DNA of 64,000 nt, taken from positions 310,001-374,000 of the forward strand of contig NW_027117343.1 in the NCBI RefSeq assembly GCF_038025025.1. The letters run 5' to 3'. The position numbers and the translations under genes are program-made. This DNA is from Phyllosticta citribraziliensis. Taxonomy: Eukaryota. Below, one piece after another: positions 37,384 through 48,798 of the stretch (position 1 is its first letter; each line of letters opens with the position of its first letter). A model generated the notes under the pieces. That model saw only the letters and a program-made list of their open reading frames with translations. It searched no databases and was not told where the DNA came from.

Positions 37384-38218
37384 ATGTCCAAGCCCGTCAT
37401 CGTCTTAGCCCCCGGCGCGTGGCACACGCCCGACTGCTTCGACATTGTCCGCGACCAGCTCCACGCCCGCGGCTGGACCACCGACGCCGTCGCGTACCCG
37501 TCCGTCGGCGGCGAGCCGCCCAACAAGTCGCTGCCGGACGACGCTGCGGCGGTCCGCGCCAAGCTGGAGACGCTGGCCGACCAGGGCCAGGACATTGTCC
37601 TCGTCGTCCACTCGTACGGTGGTCTGGTCGGCGCCAATGCCGTCGAGGGCCTGGGATACGAGCAGAGGAAGCGCGCCGGCAAGAAGGGCGGCGTCATCAT
37701 GTTTGTCTATCTGTCGGCGTTTGTGACGCCCAAGGGCAAGAGCATCAAGGACATGCTGGGCGGCCAGTTCCTGCCGTGGATGAAGTTCAACGTAAGTGTG
37801 CCCGAAAAACAAAACCAGGGGGTGAAGGGGGCGGCAGAGGGAGCACCAAGCTAACCACCAACACAACGCGCAGGGCGACTACTGCACCCCGGACACGCCC
37901 GAGCAAATCTTCTACCACGACGTCGAGCCCGCGCAGCAGGCGGCCGCCATTTCCAAGCTCAAGCACACGAGCGCCGCCGTCTTCTCGTCGCCCGTCACGT
38001 ACGAGCCGTGGCACGACATGCCGACCTTCTTCCTGTACTGCGACGCCGACGCCGCGCTGCCGCTGCCCGTCCAGGACCAATTCGTCTCGCTGCTCGGCGC
38101 CGGCGCCACCACGTTCCACTCCAAGGGCAGCCACTCGCCCTTTTTGAGCGTGCCGGAGGAGGTCGTTGAGGGCCTGGAGTTGGCGGTCAAGACGGGCCTG
38201 GAGAAGAAGTCGTCGTAA
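37384..38218 (+). CDS. Alpha/beta hydrolase (methylesterase/Abhydrolase_6-like), 2 exons
   Basis: VLAPGAWH, nucleophile elbow VHSYGG, candidate acid in CDADAALP and His in SHSPFLS. Intron GTAAGT (37792) to CAG (37873). Confidence 0.88.
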
Positions 38219-40082
38219 GGTGGTTGTCGTTGGTGTTGTTGTTGTGCTGGGAAGGGGATGTGATGTGATACCACCGGTCTGAAAGCGCGGAGTTGGCGGA
38301 CCCCCAAAGTCCTTTCAAGCAAAGAAAAAAAATCGATGTTTGTTGAGTGACGCACGCATGCGTTGCTACTCTTCCTCTCTCGCTCCCTCTCCGTCTCTTG
38401 CCCTCTCTCCGTCTCTCGGCTCTTCCATCTTCTTTTCCTTGTTCACCAAACGCCGCACCAGCGGCCCCCCAACGCGCTTCGAGAACATCGATCCCTTCCA
38501 GGCCTCGCGCGCGTGCGTGCGTGCGTGCCCACGAGTCGCGGCAGACCCACCGGGGAACCCTTGCCGAACCAGCGTCTCCACTCGCTCGTGGTCCGTGAGC
38601 GGCGGCGCTCCGGGCCTTGCGCGTGGCGGGCCGAGCCCCCCGTTGGCCCATTCGCTCCCCTTTTTTCTTCCTCTCTCTTCTCGTTTGCCTTCTTGGGCGT
38701 TTGGTCGGCTCACTTCTGGCTTCTTTTGCTGTGTGTCGCTGCTGCTGGACGTTCTGTGGAAAAGCGCAGAACGTTTTACGACGCCTTTGTCAATGTCGTT
38801 GGTGTTGGTGGTCTCGCGAGCTTTGAGGAGATTCTGCGCGCGTCGTGAGGGCGTCGGGGGCGCGTCGTGCGCACTGATCAATTGTGAAGACGACACATGC
38901 CGGGAAACCCAAACGAGAGAATTCGATGTGTTCCCTTTTGGGAAGCCATCGAGTGCTTCCTTGTGGCCGATCTTCTCGTCTTCTCTTCTCTCTACGCGAG
39001 GGGATCGTCCTTTGCTCCCCCTGTCTCTTCAGACTCAGAGATCGCTTCTCTTTTACTATTGCGTAGCTTTTTGATGCGGCGTCTCTGTTCATACATCCGC
39101 CGCTCCCCAAAGGCCATCCATCCCGCAGGAAGAACTGCGTAGTTCTCGCTAAGCGCTCATCCTCAAGCGCGGCAGGACAGAGCAGAGCAGCAAGCACGAC
39201 AAACAACAGCACCAAGTTGCCGAAATCACACGGCGCAGCGTGACCCTCACACGCCATCCTCTGACGACAATCAGCCAACCAGCAAAAAGATTGCCGGCGA
39301 ACAGAGGTTTCCGGTAGCGCGCAAGCGGCAACCGCAACCGCAACCGCGACAGCCGCACTTGACGGCCAGAAACGGGTCTACGCGCGCGCCTCTCGCCATC
39401 CCAAACGCCTGCGACTCGTGTGCCGAGTCGCTGGGGCTGCGGCGCGCCATGTGGGCGGCGTGTGGCGCGCGTGCTTGAGTCATGGGTGCGCGTCAAAGAT
39501 GTTGGGTCTGGGTCTTGCAAGAGGTGTGCTTTGGCTGCCGTGGTCGATTCTGTGCGTCCGTCACTGTTGACGGCACTGGTGGCTTGAATCCAGAATGTCG
39601 TAGGCTCATTCGGTCTGAAGGGAGGGACCTTGAGCCCGTTTGTGGACGTGGAGAAGGAGCGGTTCAGCGCCAGAAATGGCGTGGACTAAGATCTAAGATT
39701 TCCTATCCTATGACGCTGTTCATCGAAGCACTGTTTGCGCCTGGATTCCGACCGAGAATCGCCATTGATGCCAGACTCGAAACCTCAAAAACTCCCAAAT
39801 GCACCGAAAGCTTAATGACCCGTCAACGCCGATTATGCTGAGCAATAGGAAATTTTCTTGATTGACTGTCGGCAGTCCCAGATCATCCTCCTCGTTTTTG
39901 TACTCCATTGCCCTGGCCTGGCACGACGTCTGAATGGAAAGGTAGGGACTCGGCCTTGGACGTATCTTCGATCGCGGAACCACTTGGCGTGCCAGTGTTC
40001 CGAATCTTCTGCAGAGAAGTGACGGCGGACTGCTGCGTGTCTCTCCTGTGGCAGTCGAGCAGATTCAGTCGAGGTGTGCAGA

Positions 40083-41152
40083 CTAGGCCGAGCTGGCTCC
40101 CCTGTGATTTCTCAATTGAAAGTTTAGTCCCTCTCCAACTGACACATCCTCCGTTTCGGACGGGTAGAATGAAGCAGTTGAACTGGCTCTTTGGCGTCTT
40201 TGTGCTTGACGCGGAGGCTCTTCAACAGGTTGTCCGAGGACTTTCCTCTTGCCGCTTGTGTCCTCTCTGGACGGCTCCTCCAACTTGTTCACAGCGCGGC
40301 ATTTGGGACATCGCCAGCACTCATCCCGCAGGTAAAGCGTGTAATCCTGATCCTGGAATGAAATGGACGAGCCCACTTTGCACTCCTTGCAGGTCCGGAG
40401 CTGGTCTTTGTTGTTGGCGCCAAACTTGATGATGCTGTCGCGTAGACCCTCAATCTCGCCCAGAAGCCACTTGTAGTCTGGGTCTTTGATCAAGTGGGCC
40501 GGGCCTTTTGAGGCGTATGCGAAGAGAATTTTGAAGAGGGCCTGAGGAAACGAATCCTTTTCATCGTAAAGCATGTCTGTCCATGCCACAAAGAACGTCG
40601 GTTTGAGGCGGTCACGGGGCCCCTGGTTTCCTGCCCAAGATTCTCTGCCCACAGGATCGTCTGGAGGATCGCCAAAGTATGACCAAAACTCGCTAAATAT
40701 CTCATCCAGCGAGTGTCGCACCAACCTGGCCATCTTCAATTTTTTGGCTAAGAAGTACATCACCGTGTGAGCTATGATGGCTTCCTCGTCTTCCAGGGAG
40801 CGGCCGAATGTTTCATTGATTAAGCTCCGGAGATACTCCTGGGGCTTGAAATCGGCCTCCGGCTGATAACAAAAGGCAAGCAACGCCTTTATGGAAGCTG
40901 GATTCGCGTGAACGAGGTTGAGTTGCAGCACAGCACCTGGATTTAGTTCCTAATTTCGTGTGAGAATAAATCCAAGGCTGCAAAAGGGATTGATGTTACC
41001 TGTGAGCAAACTCGCGCAAAAACTTTGGAATGCGCACTGATGATGCTCTTGTGAGCACGGAATTCGGTCCTCTGCGCTGACACGATGACATCCGTGGATT
41101 CCTGCAGGGTGAAGCCACTGTCGAGGAACCTCTTGAGCTCTTCTTGCTGCAT
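40083..41152 (-). CDS. BTB/POZ protein with C-terminal CxxC-CxxC module (array copy 1), 2 exons
   Basis: TDVIVSAQRTEFRAHKSIISAHSKVF, phase-0 intron ...CSQ|GTAACA..TTAG|ELNPGAVLQL, MYFLAKKL, CKEC...CPKC, and KRK tail. Confidence 0.75.
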
Positions 41153-41290
41153 CGTTGAACGTTGAACGTTGATCGTCGGAGAGGTTGAAGGTTGTAGCGG
41201 GAAGAGTGAAGGTTGAAGGTCGGAGGTCGGAGGTTGGAGGCGGAGCGTTGAAGAGTGAAGGTTGACAGTTGGGGTTTAAGGGTTGAGTGT
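41153..41290. repeat. Degenerate heptamer tandem repeats directly upstream of BTB copy 1
   Basis: On the + strand: GTTGAAC GTTGAAC GTTGATC and GTTGAAG GTCGGAG GTCGGAG GTTGGAG. Confidence 0.55.
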
Positions 41291-42172
41291 TGAAGAGCGA
41301 AGCGGAAGGAGGCGAGGAGAGAGAGAGGGATGAAGACGTCGAGAGGTAATGAGGAGGAAAGAGTCGCCTTTTGGCAGTAGTCGTTTGACCGCCAAGCACT
41401 AGTCCACAGCAAGTCTAGCGCCCACGTGCGCAGGCGTCACCAAAGGAAGGCGATGTCTCGCGTCCGCCGCGTCTCTCGGTATGAGTCGCCTTGTTTCCGC
41501 TCTCGTGGCGGACCTGTGCTCTTTCAGAGAAGGCTAAGAGGACCGACGAACAGTGGAATGGGAAGGAAGGGGGGAAAAGTAGATGCACAGCGAAAGAGGG
41601 AAGGGAGGGAGTTGGGTCGAAAGTGAAAGAGGAAGAGGAAGATGAACGCGAAGCCTTCATTTCTTTGTGGGTTACCAGAGGTTAAATAGTCGGAGAGTCG
41701 CCAAGAAAATTTATTCGGAACATGACACCTTTCGCAGCGACACTGCGTACGCACATCTCACGCAAATATGTTGAGACCGGGTTCATACGGACCCGAACTG
41801 AAGACTAGTTGGGGACGAAAAACGACACGGCTATCAGCTCCTGTAACTCACGGATTAAGGTCTGATGTGAGTTGTTGAAACATAGAGACAAGTTGAGCTT
41901 ATTCAATCTTGGGAATGGAACAAGAGCAGTGTTGGGAATCAAATCAATAGGGCCCACACGAAGCTCTCCTTCATGGCTACCCCGGTATATTTTGAGCGCC
42001 AGCTTCTAAAGCAAGACCAGTTCTCCCTTTACAAACGAAAGCAAAAGACTCCATGGGCCCCTCACTCGAAGCAACTCTAACAAACAAGAAAAAGGGAACC
42101 TCCTCCGTCACTTTCTGTGCGCCCGGAAAGTCCACCTCAATTTCTGTTGTAGTTGGTTTTGGAATTTGCGCA

Positions 42173-43160
42173 TCAAGCCTCGGGAATCCTTTTTCGCTTC
42201 GATGCCCTTGGATCTTCAGCTGGTGACGCCTCTGATCTGGTCGGGCAAACAGTGGGGTTGTTCGAGTCATCCAGAGAATTACGGGTCGCGCATCGCGGAC
42301 AGCACCAGGCAAAAGGGCGACTGTTGAGACCATCATTCGGCGAGATCAGCGACATGATACGGCACTTGCTGCATTGGCGATGCTGGCTCGTGAATGTTGC
42401 GATCTGCTCGAGAAGTTCGTCGCGGAAGTCGTCAATATCGTTGACCATGTCTTTGAACTCTCGAGATTTATTGAGGTGGGTGATGTGCTTCGCCGCATAT
42501 CTTAGAGTAATCAGTCGAATACTCTGCCGCGCAGTCGTCTGGAAGATTTCCCTCGCCAATTTCGCGAAAAACGACGGCGAAAGGTTGTCGAAGTAGCTTT
42601 CGTCGCTCGCACAGGGCTTCGAATGATAGTCCTTCATTCCTTTGATGAAGTCCTTCTTTTTGTCCATCAGACCGCGGACTTGATACTTGTCCGCAATCGC
42701 GTACAGGCAAAAGCTGCTCCAGAGTGGCACGAATTTTTCTTCCAGTGTATTCTTGAGTTCGTGGCTCCATTGTGAGCACGCGCGGCCGAAGGAGTCGTCA
42801 TCCAAGTAGCAATACGAAAGCAGAAGCCTGACGAGCTTCGGGTCGTCGTCCTCCATGTTCACGACGCCAGTTCGAGCCTCCTGGGAGGCGAGTTAACACA
42901 CATAATTGTTTTTGGCTGGAGTCGACGCTACCTTGAAGCCCGACTCTGGCCTGCAAGCATTTGTGAAGAAATCCGAGCACCCCGCAAGTACGACTTTGTG
43001 AACGTAGAACGTGTGGTCCTGGCAGTGGATAGTAAGATCCGAGTGATCTTTGAGCTGGAAGCCAGACTCGTGGAATCGTTTGAAATGCGAGCGCGAGACT
43101 GAACAATGAGAGTTAAATTAGCTTTGCAAATAGAGGTGAGAGGCAGTACTTACGCGCCAT
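42173..43160 (-). CDS. BTB/POZ protein with C-terminal CxxC-CxxC module (copy 2), 3 exons
   Basis: 7-nt first exon ATGGCGC|GTAAGT, then HSDLTIHCQDHTFYVHKVVLAGCSDFFTNACRPESGFK|EARTGVVNMEDDDP, LYAIADKYQV, CSKC...CPRC, and KRKR tail. Confidence 0.85.
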
Positions 43161-44359
43161 GTTGTTGTAAACTGATTCACGTTAGGCGGACTCGAAAGCT
43201 GAACCCCGGCAAAGCTTCCTTGAGCCCGCGGGGAGAGATTTTGACTTCGCCGCCCGCAAGCAAGACTTCAAGGTGCAGACAGCCTTTGCGAGGTGGGGTG
43301 TCGTGGAGATGGCTGAGATTCGCGGCGATGGGGGGCTTTTATAGCTGCCGGCCAAGGCGTAATGTTTTGCAGCCTCTGCTTGGAGGAGACCTAGAGCACA
43401 CGTCGCGACTTCCAGTTCCGGCGCGCGACGTCACTGGTGACTGGCTGAGGTCCGGTGACACCCGGACGGTCGGGCACTTCCATGTTTCTACGCGTCTTTG
43501 CGTGCCTCTCCCCATAAACAATACACCACCACGGTTCCGGCCATGCTCAGTGTCGCGCCGCCGTCCAAAAGACAATCTGTATGGGCAGGAAACGGAGACC
43601 AAACTGGAGCACGTCAAAGCAAGCCCGCAATGTTTGTCAGAAAGAAAAGCTGCGGCAGCCCGTCAAGACAGCGACAGACAAACCATCCCATCAGAAGGCG
43701 CTGAACTGGTGGTCACCAACTGAACCAAGCCGACTCGACGTCATCTCCACGTGATGGCCTTGACGGCAGAGGAACGGGAGCGCAACACCTCGGCCTCACG
43801 CCATCAAAACAGCAGAGCCCCCAGCTCACACGGCGCAGAGCAGATGTCCCGTCCGCTACTTCAAGCACCGAGTGCGGAGCCGAGTCCCACATCACAAGTC
43901 AAAAGCGCCCCCACCGCAGCTTACACAGCAGTCCCCAAACCCATATCTCGAACCACGCCTCGCAAGCATTGCCGGTTCGAGCGTCAGGCTGCAACCTGCG
44001 GACCTCCGAGCCAACGGGCACTACTCCAGATCCAGTAATTGTGGCACTGCTTCTTCTTTGAACATCCCAATTTGCACGCTGTGGGTTCGTCGATGTTGCT
44101 AGTCTTTTGCGAAAAATGGCGGAGTTCTTGCAAAGAATTTGCTCGCTTGCGGCTGGCTGGTGGCGCGGTTTGGACAGAACAGGACGTGCCGCTTTGAGGT
44201 AGGTGAGTTTCCGAGGAACTGAGAGATGCGTTGCTCGGAACATATGAACGGATGAGTGAGCAGGTGGGTTTATAGAGAAGCGGTTTGCGGGTATGTTGTC
44301 TCTAGCATTTTTTCTCTATCGATGGTCAATCCGATTCAGTCGATTCTCTCTCCAACAAT

Positions 44360-45693
44360 ATGCATTTCACAAACGCCATTTCCTTTCTTCTCATCACAGC
44401 GCTCTGCCGAGCGTCTCCCAACCGACATCGCTACCTTTCTCCCCGTCAACTCGAGACACAGCCTCCCACCGCTGTCACCAATTCCTCATACGCGCCACCC
44501 CTCTACCAAAGCACCGTGTCCAAAACCTAGTCCCCAACGAAGAAGACGACACCAAGTACTACCTGGGCTACCGCGCAGCAGACTTCGCGCGGCCGTACGC
44601 CAAGTATTGGGATCCGAATGTGCAGCCCATAAGCAGCGAGGTTCAGAAGGGACTGAGTTCCAGTCCGTGGGCGAAGCCGCTTGGTAAGCTTGACCAGATG
44701 AGCTGATATGTCTTTGTTTTGCGTGTGGTTTGGCGTTGGCTGATTGGCGCCACCAGCTTTCTCGCCACAAGAAGCCGGTCGCCTGCTCATGCAGCCCGGG
44801 TATCTGCAGATGGAAAACGGGTGGACGGTAGGAGGTGACGGGTCACTGATGATAGCTGTGCGCACCGATATCCCGTCGAGTGAGTTCGTCCTAAAGCACC
44901 ACCGCATCACGCACTTCTCCTTCTTCCTGCTCTTCCCCGTCCTCCAGCTTCCCCAAAAACAACAACAACACTGACACACCGCCCGCGCAGTCTCGGGCGA
45001 AATGTTCGACTGGTGGTTCGGCTGGCACCAGGTCGACTCGGCGCGGTACAAGCTGTTGAACCCCGTAGCGCACCAATACGCGTGGCACTTCCCGGAGCAA
45101 CTGGAGTGGGCCAACACGTCGTCGTACGCGCAGCGCTACATTGGCACATTCTCGCAGATTGACGAGTACATCGGGCAGGACGCCAACAAAATCACCATTG
45201 CCTTTGTCGATCCCAAGGAGCTGGGGTTTGACAGGGAGCGATTTGAGGAGCGCGGCGTCGAGACGGTTGTTGTGGCGCAGATTATCTTTGGTAGGTCTGG
45301 TCTGGTTTTCTTTCAGTATGTTATTTTGAGAGTCGCGGCCGTGATGGGGTTGAGGCGGATGCGTTTGACGAGGAAGTGTCCGCGCTAACGTCCCGCGTCG
45401 ACGGACTGACCGACGGCAGGCCACACCAACTCGACTGATCAGGGCTCCGGCCAGTACCTAGTCCACCAAGTCCGCCGCCTGGACGACGGATCCCGCGAGC
45501 TGCGGTCGCGCTTCTTCCTCAAAATCACCTCGGCGCAAATAGCGCACGACCTGCTTGTGCATTGCAACATTGAGATGCAGCGTAAGTTTCTCGTCCCGGT
45601 CTGCCGCCGTGATCGTCGGGGCTAACTCATTTTTGTGCAGACTTGAATTGCTTCCTGCCCGACTTGTTCAGCGAGTTTAAGGATAGGCTTTGA
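44360..45693 (+). CDS. PhlG-like DAPG/phloretin hydrolase, 5 exons, with an apparent frame break after a signal-peptide-like N-terminus
   Basis: YYLGYRAADFARPYAKYW, PGYLQMENGW, MFDWWFGWH..RYKL.NP.AH, IDEYIG, HQVR...ELRSRFF and HDLLVHCNIEMQ|HLNCFLPDLF. Four canonical introns. Stop TGA at 45691-45693. Confidence 0.78.
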
Positions 45694-46268
45694 GGGCGTG
45701 GTGGATGCTGGATTGTGCCGAGGTGTTGGTCGTCTTCGTCTTTTTCAGTGTATTGCTGTCTTGTGTGATTGACACGTCGGTGTGCATGTTGGCCTTGGAC
45801 GTGAGGCTTGCTACCGTGGCGCGCGAAGGTTACAGAGATTCCCTATCTCCGGCTCTACAGTGGGTGTGAGAGTTTCCAGTTCTGCCGTGTCGCATCCTTC
45901 CGGGCATGACGTGCATTTTGCAAATTGGCTGTATTGTTGACTATCCACCAGCCAGCCCTCTTTTCGCCGAACGTGTGAAATCGTGATATGGATGAGAAAG
46001 AGGGGGACTTATGGATTCTGGATCTCAACAAGGAACCAAAAGACAGCTCGCACCTTACGGGACGTCAGGTTCGTTCATTTATGCCGTTGGAAGCGGGAGA
46101 GCGGAACCATGTGAATCCCCCGCAACAAAGCAGATGCACCATTACTAAACAAAGCAGGCCGCGCCCTATATAAACGCAATCCATGACTTATGAGCTTTTT
46201 TTCAGTGTGAGATAAAAGAAGGAAAAGAGGACAAGAAAAAAAAGGAGAAATATTGTCGAACCGCGAAT

Positions 46269-48587
46269 ATGGTCGCATCCACCAATGGCATCGACGACAT
46301 CATTGTCCGCACACCAACAGACCTGGCAGTCGAATGGCTGCGCGCCAAAACTGGAAACAGCACAATAGAATCCTTCACGTACACGCGCATCGGCACCGGC
46401 CAAGTCAGCGACTGCTACCGCGTTTTCTTCACCCTCACCGACGCCCCTGAGCCGCCGCACCAACAGCAAAACAACCACCAACCACCGACGACTGCGATTC
46501 TCAAAGTGGCATCCGCATCCGCAACATCGCGCCGCGCCAGCACCTTACTGTCGCTGTACGAGCGCGAAGTCCTCTTCTACAACGAACTCGCGCCCGCAAT
46601 CGCCATAAGCGACGCGTCGCCCCTGGCGCACTGCTACCACTCATCATTCCACGCCGACGACGGCTCGTTCTGCCTGCTACTAGGCGACGCAGGAGCGGAT
46701 GCGGTCGTCGGGGACGACATCGCGGGCGCGACTCTCGCGCAGGCGCGCGCGGCCATGGCGGGGCTGGGGCGGCTGCACCGGGTCGGACAGGACGAGCGGC
46801 GCAAGGCCGAGTGGGCGGGCAAGAGCTGGTTTAGACGCGCGCGCCAGATCGAGCAGACACAGTTGCAGGCGCTGTACGGCGGGTTTGTGGAGCGGTTTGG
46901 CGAGCGCGTGGGGTCGAGGGAGAGAGAGGTGTGCGAGCGGCTGGTCGAGGTGTTTGATGTGGTTGATGCGGAAGAGAGGGGAGAGAGCGTGGTGCAGGGG
47001 CTTGTGCATGGCGATTATCGGTTGGATAATATGCTTTTTGCGGCCGAGAAGGGGGGTGTTGGGGAACCGGATAGGGGCGACGGCGAGACGAACGGCCTAC
47101 CCCTGACTGTGGTCGATTGGCAGACTGTCTCCTGGGGCCCGGCCATGGCGGATGTCGCGTACTTCCTCGGCACCGCGCTGACAGTGGACATGCGCCGCCA
47201 ACATGGCGAAGAGCTGTTGCAGACGTACTTTGACGCGCTGGGTCCAGAGGCAGTATTATCGCTGGAGCAGTGCCGCAAAGGCGTCCGCCGCCAGGCCTTC
47301 TACGGCATCGTCATGTCCATCGTGTCGCCAATGCTCGTTGGGCGAACGGAGCGCGGCGATGCGCTGTTCCTCGGGATACTGTCGCGCCACTGCGAACACG
47401 TCCTCGATCTAGGAGCGCTCGACACACTGCCTCAACCACAAGCTGTTCCTGTGCCGCTGGCTCCAGAACCGCAGGACGAACAGCGCCATGAGACGCGACA
47501 AGAAGAATACTGGCAGGAGAGCTGGTATTTTGACTTCATCGACGAGGCGCAGGGTTTGGGTGGTTACATTCGCATCGGCGTGGACGCCAACAGGGGCAAG
47601 ACGTGGTATACCGCCATGCTGTGTGGGCCAGGTAGGCCGACAATAGCTCTTGTCAACTTTGAGGCTCCGGTTCCAACTGGAGAGGATCTTGCCATCAAGA
47701 CGCCGGCGTTTGAAGCTCGCCATACGGTGGTGGAGCCACTTCGACAGTTCTCAATCTCGTTGAGCGGCACGGCGCGAGCGTATGAAGACCCTGCCGTGCT
47801 GCTGCGCGAAGAAGGGAGCCGGGGAAAGGAGCAAGAGCAGGAAGCAGGAGAGCCGGTACATATTCGGCTGAATCTGACATGGCATACGGAGGGCGTGCCG
47901 TATCAATACCGATTGACGACGCGCTACGAGATCCCCTGCAGCGTATCAGGGGACGTCTCAATACTCGCCTCCTCTACATCAAGTTCGCCAGCTACCACAC
48001 AAATCTCCAATGTCCCCGGCCAACGCGACCACTCCTGGGGCTCGCGCGACTGGTGGACGCCACGCTGGGTGTGGAATGCCGCGCATCTGGTCGACGGGAC
48101 GCACATGCACGGCCTGGATCTACTTCTTCCGCCGGGTGGCATGAGGTTGTACGTTGGTTACATTCAGCAGCAGCAATCTTCCTCCGGCGACAATGATCCA
48201 GCAAACGCCGGAGGTGGGAAGATACGTGAGCTTTCCAAGCACTCCGTGAGCGCCACGTTGTTCGACGCACGCGACGAGCTACCCGTGACAGCGGACATCG
48301 AGCTTGAGACTGAGCGAGAGCAAGGGCAACTGTCCAACGCTGAAACTGCCGCCCTCACCCTGCATTTCGAGGCGAAAGGACATGGACCGTTGAGACTGGT
48401 GGATCCCGCTTCGGCCGGTGATATTGACGGTGGAAATGATGCGGCAAACGGCGACGGAAATCCGAAAGCGCGTGTGGCGCTTTTCCCACGGGCTTGGGGT
48501 ACTGTGACTACAGGCGATGGACGACGCGGCGTTGCGTGGATGGAGTGGAACCGGGGTTCAGGAGGCGAGGCGACAGGGGCGGCATGA
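46269..48587 (+). CDS. Intronless APH/EcKinase-like phosphotransferase fused to a C-terminal beta-rich domain
   Basis: RIGTGQVS, ILKV, YEREVLFY, LVHGDYRLDNMLF, VVDWQ and DVAYF. Second domain has WQESWYFDF, GGYIRIG, RYEIPC, GQRDHSWGSRDWW and G.AWMEWN. Confidence 0.85.
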   Translation: MVASTNGIDDIIVRTPTDLAVEWLRAKTGNSTIESFTYTRIGTGQVSDCYRVFFTLTDAPEPPHQQQNNHQPPTTAILKVASASATSRRASTLLSLYEREVLFYNELAPAIAISDASPLAHCYHSSFHADDGSFCLLLGDAGADAVVGDDIAGATLAQARAAMAGLGRLHRVGQDERRKAEWAGKSWFRRARQIEQTQLQALYGGFVERFGERVGSREREVCERLVEVFDVVDAEERGESVVQGLVHGDYRLDNMLFAAEKGGVGEPDRGDGETNGLPLTVVDWQTVSWGPAMADVAYFLGTALTVDMRRQHGEELLQTYFDALGPEAVLSLEQCRKGVRRQAFYGIVMSIVSPMLVGRTERGDALFLGILSRHCEHVLDLGALDTLPQPQAVPVPLAPEPQDEQRHETRQEEYWQESWYFDFIDEAQGLGGYIRIGVDANRGKTWYTAMLCGPGRPTIALVNFEAPVPTGEDLAIKTPAFEARHTVVEPLRQFSISLSGTARAYEDPAVLLREEGSRGKEQEQEAGEPVHIRLNLTWHTEGVPYQYRLTTRYEIPCSVSGDVSILASSTSSSPATTQISNVPGQRDHSWGSRDWWTPRWVWNAAHLVDGTHMHGLDLLLPPGGMRLYVGYIQQQQSSSGDNDPANAGGGKIRELSKHSVSATLFDARDELPVTADIELETEREQGQLSNAETAALTLHFEAKGHGPLRLVDPASAGDIDGGNDAANGDGNPKARVALFPRAWGTVTTGDGRRGVAWMEWNRGSGGEATGAA

Positions 48588-48798
48588 GAATCCCAGGAGA
48601 CGGGTTGCATCCGAGGCGGAGTTGGATGCGCCGTCTGAGGTCGTAGCGCAACTGTGGAAGTGAAAGAATGCTCTGAGCACAGAAGTGGCGTCAAACAACA
48701 GCTCCCAAAGCGCCGCCGCAGTGTTACTAGACTCCAGCTGGGAGATTCCGGAACATCCCAGAAAGGCAGACGAGTAGATTTCAAGAATGAGCAAAGAC

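Noticed and set aside
25297..38218. Possible secondary-metabolite cluster (CoA ligase, dioxygenase, hydrolase, PTH11-like protein)
   Set aside because: No PKS, NRPS or terpene synthase backbone, and the genes are interleaved with housekeeping genes such as SYF2.
38300..40000. Several 120-240 aa ORFs between the hydrolase and BTB copy 1
   Set aside because: Low-complexity, overlapping on both strands, with no BTB remnant or other motif that I could detect.
41153..41290. Short repeats considered as a CRISPR-like array
   Set aside because: Degenerate heptamers without unique spacers, in a eukaryotic context.
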